From: Ascidiella aspersa
Lineage: Eukaryota
DNA: 64,000 nt
Assembly (NCBI GenBank): GCA_963924565.1
Contig: OZ004612.1
Location: forward strand, 26,040,001-26,104,000
Direction: 5' to 3'
The position numbers were made by a program, and so were the translations under genes. Each line of letters starts with the position of its first letter. The stretch's first letter is position 1. Positions 51,397 to 63,100 of the stretch are shown here, one piece after another. Below the pieces are notes generated by a model that was not told the origin of the DNA, did no database searches, and saw only the letters and a list, made by a program, of their open reading frames with translations.

Positions 51397-54300
51397 CTAC
51401 AGTTGACTTTCTGCTATGACATTCCCGTCTTTATTTCTGCTTATTGTAGGAAACTTAATTTTTTTAAGTTTCTTCAATCGAACAGTGCATCTGTCTATTA
51501 ATGTGGAGTAAAGCAAGGGGTTCAATGCACTGTTAATAGGAAGCAAAATACCAGCACTAATAAGATAAACATCATTGGGTAGTGGAACACCAGAAACAGC
51601 CAAGTAAGCAAGCACACACATTGGGATCCAGCAACAGAAGTCAGTAATAAGCAAGCGAGAAATACGTTTTTGCAATTCGCTGTTGGGTTGCTTGTTTCTA
51701 GATTTAGCCATTTTGTTACTTCGTATGTAAATCAGTATGTAAGCCACAAGCATGAAAATGAATAACAGAAAGTTGAGTGTGATAAGAAATACAGAATATT
51801 GCCAAGAAGCGTCATTTGTAGAGGCGAACAGTCTGGGCATGCAAACACTAGTTTCGCCATAATACCCAAATATTCCTTTTATCGGTTGATTCGGGAAGGT
51901 ATCGCTAATTGTTTGAGTGACGTCGTGCCAATGAAGTGACGTCAGGTTATGTGGTTTTATGTTATTGGCTAAATCAACCATCTTTTGTTTAGGGACTTGA
52001 TTAGTTTTGAAAAATCTACTTGAAAACCAAACATGAGAAACAAAATATCCTGAACTGTAATCAAACACAGGCAGTAGTGAAAATAGAAATGCAAATAGCC
52101 AAACACATGCACATGAAATGTAAATCCCTTTTAACCCCATAGTCCTAGTGATGAATGGTTTGTAAACTGTTACAAGCCTAAACGCTGTCATGACAGCCAT
52201 AGTACCCGAAGAGGCCATGGTAGCTAAAACACACAACATCCCAAGAATGCAACAAGAAATACTAGTACGCCAAATTGCGTCAAACGAGCAATAATCTCCC
52301 GAAAACTGCAACCCTTTTATGCTTATTGCAATAAGATAAATCCCCATGAGAAAATCAGCGGGTGCCAAACTAAGCAAAATTATGTAGGTGCTTTTTGTAT
52401 AGTTATCTGCGTTCTTGTTATTTACAATGTCCCTTATAGTAATAACGACCACCGTTAAGTTCCCGATGCCAGCTGCCAACCCCATTATCCAGAAGAAGGC
52501 TCTGTAAACAGGGTTGGCGATCATTTCCTTTTGATTTGAAAAAGTGGAACTTCGCTTACTTATGGGTGGGCACTCGTCACTTCCATCCGAACATTGAGGG
52601 ATTCCATCTTCAACCAAGTTGATGTCGACTGACAGGGGATTTCCATTCCGACAGTAAAACCTTGTTTCGCTGCATCGCGTTGCATTCTCGTCGGATCCAT
52701 CGTCGCAGTCTACTATTCCATCGCAAAAGTTGTTGACATCGATGCTTCTGAGCGCTCCACTGGCGCATTCGTGTCGCTTTGGGCATAATCCACGTTCGTC
52801 GCATGAAAGAGGAGACACATATACCCCCTTACATGCATCTCCAAACCTGGCTCTAATACCCATGCAATCCACATTGCAGAACTTGGGTCGAGGCTCACAA
52901 CCATTGCATTCATCTTCCATTTCGTAACATTCAGGTCTTCCATCGCATTTTGTGGCACGTGTGAAGGGTGAATAGTAGTTGGGTCTGCAAAATATGCGAT
53001 CTTCTTCACCCTTATCCTGAGCTAGTCCGCAATGTTTCATGTTAGATTCACCTGCACACTTTACTTCTGGGTTACAAAGCACTTTGTCCATATTCACGCA
53101 GTCTGTTGCATTGTGGCAATGCACTTGGTTTGGAGGGCAAGTGTCTCTTGCGTCGCCTAATATATTATGGCAAACTGTTTGGTCGTCACACAAACATTCA
53201 TCGGAAAGATCATAGCAGTCTGGAACCCCGTTGCAAACTTGCTGTTGGGAAACAACCAGTCGTTTGTCCAAGCACAAGAAGCAAACGAATTGTCCATCAA
53301 CGAAACATAGATCTGACCTGTCAGCACACTGAGGTTCATCGTCATAGATATTTATCTGGGGTAAAACGCAAATTCCAGTTCTGCCTGTTCCTGAGCATTT
53401 AAAACCCAGCCCGGTTTCGATTTCATCATCATTGCAACGAATATGTTGGTTGTCGCAATATTCATGGGTGGAAATGAGATTACCGTTACTGCATCGTGTC
53501 AAACTTGTGTGTGTTCCCTGCTCACACACCCACTGACCATTACAAACCCTGTCTCTCCTCCCTTCACACGGCCCCATAAGTTGTCGGCAAGTCGTGTTGT
53601 GGATCGCTTGATACTTGCTTTTGCTTGTCTCGTTGAAGCAATAAGTTACGCTAACCCACTTACCGCGAACAAATACCCTCCGATCATCGCAAGGCTCCAT
53701 TCGTCCGACGCACTGGATTCTACCGTCAGCCACTTGTTGCTGGCAAGCCCCGCAAAACCACTTGTCGCTAACGTCTAAGCAACGGGGCGGTCCACTGTCA
53801 CATATATGCTGCTCGCGAACACACTGAAGCCCATCGTTGCAATGTACCAAACCACTTCCACAGCTGCTGCAGTTCGTTTCATCACTCCAATCGTTACAAT
53901 TCTTCCGCCCATCGCACCACGAACATGCGCGAAAGCACCTCTTATTATCGCACTTCTTCGCTCCTGGTTTGCAAGTTGTGCAGTTTATCTCATCACTCCA
54001 GTCGTAACAAGTATGCCACCCATCGCACCACATACTCTCAGGAACACACTGCTTCCCATCATCGCACTTCTTTGCTCCTGATTTGCAAGTTGTACAGTTC
54101 GTCTCATCGCTGTGATCATTACAAACCTTTCTCCCATCGCACCACTTACTCTCAGAAACACACTGCTTCCCATCATCGCACTTCTTTGCTCCTGATTTGC
54201 AAGTTGTACAGTTCGTCTCATCGCTGTGATCATTACAACCCTTTCTCCCATCGCACCACATACTCTCCGAAACACACTGCTTCCCATCATCGCACTTCTT

Positions 54301-54948
54301 TGCTCCTGATTTGCAAGTTGTACAGTTCGTCTCATCGCTTAAATCAGCACAACCCTTTCTCCCATTGCACCACCAACTTGCGGGAACACACAGCTTCCCA
54401 TCATCGCACTTCTTCGCTCCTGGTTTGCAAGTTGTACAGTTCGTCTCATCGCTGAAATCAGCACAAGTCTGCCACCCATTGCACCACGTACTCTCAGGAA
54501 CACACAGCTTCCCATCATCGCACTTCTTCGCTCCTGGTTTGCAAGTTGTACAGTTCGTCTCATCGCTAAAATCAGCACAACCCTTTCTCCCATTGCACCA
54601 CCAACTTGCGGGAACACACTTGCTCCTATCATCGCACATCTTTGCTCCTCCATTGCAAGTTGTACAGTTTGTTTCATCACTCCTATCGTCACAATGCCAC
54701 CACCCGTCGCACCACTTACTTCCAGAAACACATTGTCTCCCATCATCGCACTTCTTCGCTCCTGGTTTGCAAGTTGTGCAGTTCGTCTCATCACTCTTAT
54801 CGTCACAAGTCTTCAACCCATCACAAACATCAGTTTGGTTGATGCATTTCCCATCTGGCCTGCTACATTCGAACTGATCTCTGGCGCATCTTGCTTTAGC
54901 TCCTATACACAAGGCAAGCAGAGCAGAAACAAAAATTTGCAACTGCAT
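51397..54948 (-). CDS. Intronless LDLa-repeat rhodopsin-class GPCR (GRL101/RXFP-like 7TM, no LRRs), copy A
   Basis: Signal peptide MQLQIFVSALLALCIGAKA; 10 N-terminal LDLa-type modules (8 in the TTC array) plus further LDLa/Cys-rich modules; GNL, LAPADFLMGIYL, TDFCCWIP, PINSALNPLLY; first ATG at 54948. Confidence 0.95.
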   Translation of the reverse strand: MQLQIFVSALLALCIGAKARCARDQFECSRPDGKCINQTDVCDGLKTCDDKSDETNCTTCKPGAKKCDDGRQCVSGSKWCDGWWHCDDRSDETNCTTCNGGAKMCDDRSKCVPASWWCNGRKGCADFSDETNCTTCKPGAKKCDDGKLCVPESTWCNGWQTCADFSDETNCTTCKPGAKKCDDGKLCVPASWWCNGRKGCADLSDETNCTTCKSGAKKCDDGKQCVSESMWCDGRKGCNDHSDETNCTTCKSGAKKCDDGKQCVSESKWCDGRKVCNDHSDETNCTTCKSGAKKCDDGKQCVPESMWCDGWHTCYDWSDEINCTTCKPGAKKCDNKRCFRACSWCDGRKNCNDWSDETNCSSCGSGLVHCNDGLQCVREQHICDSGPPRCLDVSDKWFCGACQQQVADGRIQCVGRMEPCDDRRVFVRGKWVSVTYCFNETSKSKYQAIHNTTCRQLMGPCEGRRDRVCNGQWVCEQGTHTSLTRCSNGNLISTHEYCDNQHIRCNDDEIETGLGFKCSGTGRTGICVLPQINIYDDEPQCADRSDLCFVDGQFVCFLCLDKRLVVSQQQVCNGVPDCYDLSDECLCDDQTVCHNILGDARDTCPPNQVHCHNATDCVNMDKVLCNPEVKCAGESNMKHCGLAQDKGEEDRIFCRPNYYSPFTRATKCDGRPECYEMEDECNGCEPRPKFCNVDCMGIRARFGDACKGVYVSPLSCDERGLCPKRHECASGALRSIDVNNFCDGIVDCDDGSDENATRCSETRFYCRNGNPLSVDINLVEDGIPQCSDGSDECPPISKRSSTFSNQKEMIANPVYRAFFWIMGLAAGIGNLTVVVITIRDIVNNKNADNYTKSTYIILLSLAPADFLMGIYLIAISIKGLQFSGDYCSFDAIWRTSISCCILGMLCVLATMASSGTMAVMTAFRLVTVYKPFITRTMGLKGIYISCACVWLFAFLFSLLPVFDYSSGYFVSHVWFSSRFFKTNQVPKQKMVDLANNIKPHNLTSLHWHDVTQTISDTFPNQPIKGIFGYYGETSVCMPRLFASTNDASWQYSVFLITLNFLLFIFMLVAYILIYIRSNKMAKSRNKQPNSELQKRISRLLITDFCCWIPMCVLAYLAVSGVPLPNDVYLISAGILLPINSALNPLLYSTLIDRCTVRLKKLKKIKFPTISRNKDGNVIAESQL

Positions 54949-56889
54949 GTTATCAGTTTCCAAAATCTCGTGTTAAACTTCTAGTGAAAATATAACGGTT
55001 TAATCGTTAACGAATTTCCACGACTAAAGGTCAACAATAATATGGCAAGAAAATCCATATATTTTGTGTCTCGTAATTCGTTGTAACAAACGTATTCAAT
55101 ACTGTGGGAAAATTTTTAAAAAAAGTAAATAAATGAAACATGTTTAGTCTAAACCTTGCACTACGCAAATAAGTGAGTAGCAGTCTCTTATCGTATTTGT
55201 TATTTGTAAACAAGTTGCTAAATTTAGTGATTGGTAAATCATAGAACTTAATTTTTAACAGAACATGAAATACCAGGACGTCGAAACGTCGATTGATTAT
55301 AAAAAAACTGCTGGATGAGCAACACTCGGTTATACATTATGCCTGGCTGCAATAGCTTATTTCATAAAATACAATGTTAACCTATAACACCTCAACTAAT
55401 CACATACATTGCTATGAAACAATTTAAACTTCACTGAAATGGTGCACTAATGAGAAAAAGGTAAACAAAACCATAGCTAACGTCATGTTCAAATCCACAG
55501 CTACAACAACATAACTCTGTATATATTTTTCCACATTTATCTCGTTTTGTGAATATTCACTCCTGACTGCAACTTTCAATATTTTAAATAACAAAATCCC
55601 CGCAAAGTGAAAACAAAGACTAAAATAATTAAAAAAAAGCAGAAAATTTAAGCACACACCTATTACTATACGAACTTTGTTGAAAAACTACAAATCTAAG
55701 ATAACTATTTATTTCAACAATTGCACGGTTAGCAACATTACATTAGAACACTGCTTAAATATATACAAAGCGTTTTTGAGAGCAAATATCTCATTTCTTG
55801 CTACTACTGTTTTACGTTAGTAAGATATCAACAATAAACACCAGTCGCCGCGTGAAAATCATGAAAAAAATGTTCTTCATTGTGACGTAACACGGATGTA
55901 CACCTGTTGTTCCTGTCGCGTTTTGGGTCGGGCACAAGCAAACGTCTTTCAATCACTTAAAGCAGTGGTTCTTAACCTTTGGTAACCTGTCCAACCCCTG
56001 TGTTATTCTGCAAGCGTTCGTCGAACCCCAAATTTTCGCTTAGTTTTTGTTTCTTCCTCCTAGCAGCTGAAACTGGGCATAATCAATTATCAACTTGCAC
56101 TTATATAGGTTAAATTGGCTCAACTTTCAATCTATAACGTTACATGCCGCACCTTGGCGCAAAAAAGAGCTTACAAAAAATAGCTTGAAATAACAGCAGT
56201 TATGTTCCAGAGAACGTTCTCGCCGAATCCTTGAAAAAAATCTTAAGTTAACAAAATTCTACCTACTTCTTTATTAATTATACGTCTAACTACAACCTCC
56301 AACCATTATCTTTTATCGATTTATTCGAAACGTTTGTCTAAACGACATAGATTGGCGCATTTTTAAAGATACTTGGTCGAGTGACAACTATACCCGTCTA
56401 TTACTCGGTTACTCATTGTTCATTTGGTTCAAGTTAAGTTATGCACTCGCCGACTGTAATATTTATAATGATTAAAGAGCACTTAATTTCATATTTAAAA
56501 AATTTTAGTTTTTTTGCGTGCATCAAATTTCTTTTTTTAATATTACCGATAAAAAATAAAAAAAACTGGAAAAAATATTTGCTAATTCCATTTCGCTGAA
56601 TAGATAATTTATCTCTTATATAAACACTATGAAATAAATATTATTTACCTATAATTTGCACAATAGTTGACTTTAATTTAAAAGGCGATACTAAACATAT
56701 TTTTTCCATTAACTTCTAGATAAGTATAAAAAAAAACGTGCTCACGACGCTTTATTAAACAAAACAGACTAAAAAGTTGTGACAAAGAGTTTCTTAAAAC
56801 ACATGCTAGGAAGTAAACCCATATTCCGGCTCAGCAGATCAGTTTGGTGTTTCGTGAATGGCCTATAAAAGCCCTAAATAGTGTTGGAT

Positions 56890-59670
56890 TTTCAAAATAA
56901 TATCATTTGATTCTTTAAAACCAATTTTTGTTTATTTTCAACCAAACATTAAAAAAACGATTTGTTTTTTTAATTGCATCAATAATAATAGTATAGCGCC
57001 AATATAATTGAGGTAAACACTTCCCGGTATATAAGGAGCATCGCTTTCAGTTGAAAGATAGGAAGCTTAGATTGAAAAAGAATTCAGGAGTTGCTATTAG
57101 CCTCGCGTTAAGCATCTGCGTTCAGTACAAAAGCACACGCTGTTTACGTTTTATTCTCATCACTAGCACACTTCGTAGAATTTATGTAATTGTAGATTGT
57201 GCATACGGCCACGTTATTAATGGTTACACTTTGTTCGTGCGTGTTAAATCATTTGGCGTGCCCTAAAAAAATCATCATCTCGCTTGTGGCACGCGCACGC
57301 TTGCCAGGTGTTGCCGACCACTGATGTAGGTCGTGCATACGACCATGTTATTAAATTCTGGACAGCTAACATGTTTAAAAATGAAATATAATCATTCTCT
57401 CAAATGGGTTAACACCTATGGTTTGCTCTACTTTTGCCAGCTTTTACTCGTAAATTTTTACCATACCTTAGTCGGTGCAATCACTGTTAAATCGGACTTT
57501 TAATTTGTTGTTGCGAGCATTATGCTAAACTCTTTTACCTGTCTAGTACGCCAATTTTGAATTCGAAAGTTTTGCCAATTTGAACAAACTAAACGCAGTG
57601 TTTTTAAGATTTATTTTTTTATGACGTCATGTCATGACGTAACTTTGTAACGTCATCCCTAATAATGCATTCAACTTTAGTGCTTTGCTTGCTGTGTTTC
57701 TTGTGCAATTTTAAGTTGTGCAGGTTTGCTTTTGATATGTTTGGTTGGACCAATATGCGAAACAGGTGCCTCCAGATTTCGCATTGAAATTTGCGGCGGT
57801 AAAGTATTCGTTTTTTGTAAGATTTTCCTAACAAAAACCTCTTTCTGAAAGGCAAGTCGCATACACGTTTTAAGAAAAGGTTCTTAAAAAATGTATCTAA
57901 TCGGCATTTCTGATATTTTGGACCAATAAAGCAGGTATCGTTTGCCTCTTTGTTTTTAATTCCTGCCGACTCGGGTCATCGTAAACTCGAAAGCATTTTA
58001 GGGGCCCTCAAACAAAATGTTTAAGAAGCCTTTGCTTAAGTGTAGCGCTCAAGTCATGGTGTAATCCCACAAAAAATGGTTTTGAGATTGATACGAGTTA
58101 AACAAGCTAAGTGGAAATAAGTTTTTTCTTATTCAAAATAATATCATTTGATTTTTTTAAACTAATATTTAGTTATTTTCAACCAAACATTAAAAAAACG
58201 ATTTGTATTTTTTAATTGCATCAATAATAATGGTATAGCGCCAATATAATTGAGGTAAACACTTCCCGGTATATAAGGAGCATCGCTTTCCGCTTAAAGA
58301 CAGGAAGCTTAGATTGGAAAAGCATTCGGGAGTTGCTATTAGCCTCGCGTTAAGCATCTGCGTTCAACACAAAAGCACACGCTGTTTACCTTTTATTCTC
58401 ATCACTAGCACACTCCGTAGAATTTATGTAATTGTAGATCGTGCATACGGCCATGTTATTAATGGTTACACTTTGTTCGTGCGTGTTAAATCATTTGGCG
58501 TGTCCTGAAAAATCATCTCGCTTGTGGCACGCGCACGCTTGCCAGGGGTTGCCGACCACTGATGTAGGTCGTGCATACGGCCATGTTATTGAATTCTGGA
58601 CAGCTAACATGTTTAAAAATAAAATATAATCATTCTCTCAAATGGGTTAACACCTATGGTTTGCTATACTTTTGCCAGCTTTTTTTCAATTTTACCATGC
58701 CTTAGTCGGTGCAATCACTGTTAAATCAGACTTTTAATCTGTTGTTGCGAGCATTATGCAAAACTCTTTTACCTGTCTAGTACGCCATTTTTCAAATCGA
58801 AAGTTTTGCCAATTTGAACAAAATAAACGCTGTGTTCTCAAGATTTATTTTTTATGACGCCATGTCATGACGTAACTTTGTAACGTCATCCCTAAAAATG
58901 CATTCAACTTTAGTACTTTGCTTGCTGCTGTCCTTGTACAGTTTTAAGTTGTGCAGGTCTGCTGTTGATATGTTTGGTTGGACCAATATGCGAAACAGGT
59001 GCCTTCAGATTTCGCATTTCAATTTGCGCCGGTAAAGTATTTGTTTTTTGTAAGTTTTTACTAACAGAAACCTCTTTCTGAAAGGCAAGTCGCATTCGCG
59101 GTTTAATTCTCCAAGTCGCATACACGTTTTTGAGAAAAGGTTCTTAAAAAATGTAACTAATCGGCATTTCTGATATTTTGGACCAATAAAGCAGGTATCG
59201 TGTATGTCTTCTTTGTTTTTAATTCCAGCCGACTCAGGTCATTGTAAAATCGAAAGCATTTTAGGGGCCATCAAACAAAATATTTAAGAACCCCTGGCTT
59301 AAGTGTAGCGCTCAAGTCATGGTGTTATCCCACAAAAAATGGTTTTGAGATTAATACGAGTAATATTAAACAAGCAGAGTGGAAATAAGTTTTTTCTTAT
59401 TCAAATTAATATCATTTGATTTTTTAAACCCAATTTTTATTTATTTTCAACCAAACATTGAAAAAACGATTTGTTTTTTTTTAAGTGCATCAATAATAAT
59501 GGTATAGCGCCAATATAATTGAGGTAAACACTTCCCGGTATATAACGAGCATCGCTTTCCGCTTAAAGACAAGAGGCTTAGATTGAAAACGCATTCGGGA
59601 GTTGCTATCAGCCTCGCGTTATGTATCTGCGTTCAATAAAAAAGCACACTGTTTACATTTTGCTCTCATC
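56890..59670. repeat. Tandem array, ~1.25-kb unit x ~2.2
   Basis: Marker GAGGTAAACACTT at ~57011, 58252, 59521. Confidence 0.95.
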
Positions 59671-60134
59671 ACTACAATAATGGCTGTTTATCAACTCAGC
59701 TGTGATAGAACAAACAGTACACAATGGCATACAGTAAGGTAGTTCTCTTAATTCAACACAGGGCATGCCAGTTATTGAATAAAAATGGTTTTATTTTGTG
59801 AATTCTAATACTTTCACCTTATATCTTTCTATTGGCTTTTGTGTAAAGAATCACAAGCTTTTCAAATATTTTATGGTTATATTGTTACAATGCACACATC
59901 ACACATATCGAATATAAAGGCTACACAATAAATACAATTCAAACGACAACATTTACAGCAAGCTTACTGATAAACAGAAACATAAGGCGATGGTGATTAT
60001 ATATGCCATAAATTAACATGAAGATTTTCTAGTTTTTAAAAAATGTGAGGAGTAATTCAGTCAGCTTTTGTGTGTTTATATGTTCTTCCTAGTTCAAATG
60101 AACCACAATTACTATATCTTTTGTATTTCTGAAC

Positions 60135-63100
60135 CTACAGTTGACTTTCTGCTATGACATTCCCTTCTTTATTTCTGCTTATTGTAGGAAACTTATTTTT
60201 TTTAAGTTTCTTCAATCGAACAGTGCATCTGTCTATCAATGTGGAGTAAAGCAAGGGATTCAATGCACTGTTAATAGGAAGAAAAATACCAGCACTAATA
60301 AGATAAACATCATTTGGGAGTGGAATACCAGAAACAGCCAAGTAAGCAAGCACGCACATTGGGATCCAGCAACAGAAGTCAGTAATAAGCAAGCGAGAAA
60401 TACGTTTTTGCATTTCGCTATTGGGTTGCTCGTTTTTAGATTTAGCCATTTTGTTACTTTGTATGTAAATCAGTATGTAAGCCACAAGCATGAAAATGAA
60501 TAGCAGAAAGTTGAATGTGATAAGAAATACAGAATATTGCCAAGAAGCGTCATTTGTAGAGGCGAACAGTCTGGGCATGCAAACACTAGTTTCGCCATAA
60601 TACCCAAATATTCCTTTTATCGGTTGATTCGGGAAGGTTTTGCTAATTGTTTGAGTGACGTCGTGCCAATAAGGTGACGTCAGGTTATGTGGGTTTATGT
60701 TATTGGCTAAATCAACCATCTTTTGTTTAGGGACTTGATTAGTTTTGAAAAATCTACTTGAAAACCAAACATGAGAAACAAAATATCCTGAACTGTAATC
60801 AAACACAGGCAGTAGTGAAAATAGAAATGCAAATAGCCAAACACATGCACATGAAATGTAAATCCCTTTTAACTCCATAGTCCTAGTGATGAATGGTTTG
60901 TAAACTGTTACAAGTCTAAACGCTGTCATGACAGCCATAGTCCCCGAAGAGGCCATGGTAGCTAAAACACACAACATCCCGAGCATGCAACAAGAAATAC
61001 TAGTACGCCAAATTGCGTCAAACGAGCAATAATCTCCCGAAAACTGCAACCCTTTTATGCTTATTGCAATAAGATAAATCCCCATGAGAAAATCAGCGGG
61101 TGCCAAACTAAGCAAAAATATGTAGGTGCTTTTTGTGAAGTTTTCTGCGTTTTTTTTATTCACAATATCCCTTATAGTAATAACGACCACCGCTAAATTC
61201 CCGATGCCAGCTGCCAACCCCATTATCCAGAAGAAGGCTCTGTAAACAGGGTTGGCGATCATTTCCTTTTGATTTGAAAAAGTGGAACTTCGCTTACTTA
61301 TGGGTGGGCACTCGTCACTTCCATCCGAACATTGCGGGAAACCATCTTCAACTAAGTTGATGTCGACCGACAGTGGCTTTCCATTACGACAGTAAAACCT
61401 TGTTTCGCTGCATCGCGTCTCATGCTCGTCCGATCCATCATCGCAGTCTACTATTCCATCGCAAAAGTTGTTGACATCGATGCTGCTGAGCGCTCCACTG
61501 GCGCATTCGTGTCGCTTTGGGCATAATCCACGTTCGTCGCATGAATAAGTAGACACATATACCCCCTTACATGCATCTCCAAACCTGGCTCTAATACCCA
61601 TGCAATCCACATTGCAGAACTTGGGTCGAGGCTCACAACCATTGCATTCATCTTCCATGTCGTAACATTCAGGTCTTCCATCGCATTTTGTGGCACGTGT
61701 GAAGGGTGAATAGTAGTTGGGTCTGCAAAATATGCGATCTTCTTCACCCTTATCCTGAGCTAGTCCGCAATGTTTCATGTTAGATTCGCCTGCACACTTT
61801 ACTTCTGGGTTACAAAGCGCTTTGTCCATATTCACGCAGTCTGATGCATTGTGGCAATGCATTTGGTTTGGAGGGCAAGTGTCTCTTGCGTCGCCTAATA
61901 TATTATGGCAAACTGTTTGGTCGTCGCACAAACATTCATCGGAAAGATCATAGCAGTCTGGAACCCCGTTGCAAACTTGCTGTTGGGAAACAACCAGTCG
62001 TTTGTCCAAACACAAGAAGCAAACGAATTGTCCATCAACGAAACATAGATCTGACCTGTCAGCACACTGAGGTTCATCGTCATAGATATTTATCTGGGGT
62101 AAAACGCAAATTCCAGTTCTGACTGTTCCTGAGCATTTAAAACCCAGCCCGGTTTCGATTTCATCATCATTGCAACGAATATGTTGGTTGTCGCAATATT
62201 CATGAGTCGAAATGAGATTACCGTTACTGCATCGTGTCAAACTTGTGTGTGTTCCCTGCTCACACACCCACTGTCCATTACAAACCCTGTCTCTCCTCCC
62301 TTCACACGGCCCCATAAGTTGTCGGCAAGTCGTGTTGTGGATCGCTTGATACTTGCTTTTGCTTGTCTCGTTGAAGCAATAAGTTACGCTAACCCACTTA
62401 CCGCGAACAAATACCCTCCGATCATCGCAAGGCTCCATTCGTCCGACGCACTGGATTCTACCGTCAGCCACTTGTTGCTGGCAAGCCCCGCAAAACCACT
62501 TGTCGCTAACGTCTAAGCAACGGGGCGGCCCACTGTCACATAAATGCTGCTCGCGAACACACTGAAGCCCATCGTTGCAATGTACCAAACCACTTCCACA
62601 GCTGCTGCAGTTCGTTTCATCACTCCAATCGTTACAATTCTGCAACCCATCGCACAACGAACATGCGCGAAGGCACCTCCTCTCATTATCGCACTTCTTC
62701 ACTCCTGGTTTGCAAGTTGTGCAGTTTATCTCATCACTCCAGTCGTAACAATTATTCCACCCATTGCACCACAAACTCTCAGAAACACACTGCTTCCCAT
62801 CATCGCACTTCTTTTCTCCTGATTTGCAAGTTGTTGTGCAGTTAGTCTCATCGCTCCAATCGTTACAACCCTTCCACCCATCGCACCACCAACTTGTAAG
62901 AATACACTGCTTTCCATCATCGCACTTCTTCGCTCCTGGTTTGCAAGTTGTACAGTTCGTCTCATCGCTGAAATCAATACAACCCCTTCTCCCATTGCAC
63001 CATATGCTTGCGTGAACACATTGCCTCCCATCATCGCACTTCTGTGCTCCTGGTTTGCAAGTTGTACAGTTCGTCTCATCGCTTAAATCATCACAGGTCT

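Noticed and set aside
46754-59125. Recurrent 60-90 aa ORFs (MKTHSGVAIS..., MYATCL..., MHTAML...) as a peptide gene family
   Set aside because: They recur only because the satellite unit recurs; mostly non-ATG starts and frames break between copies
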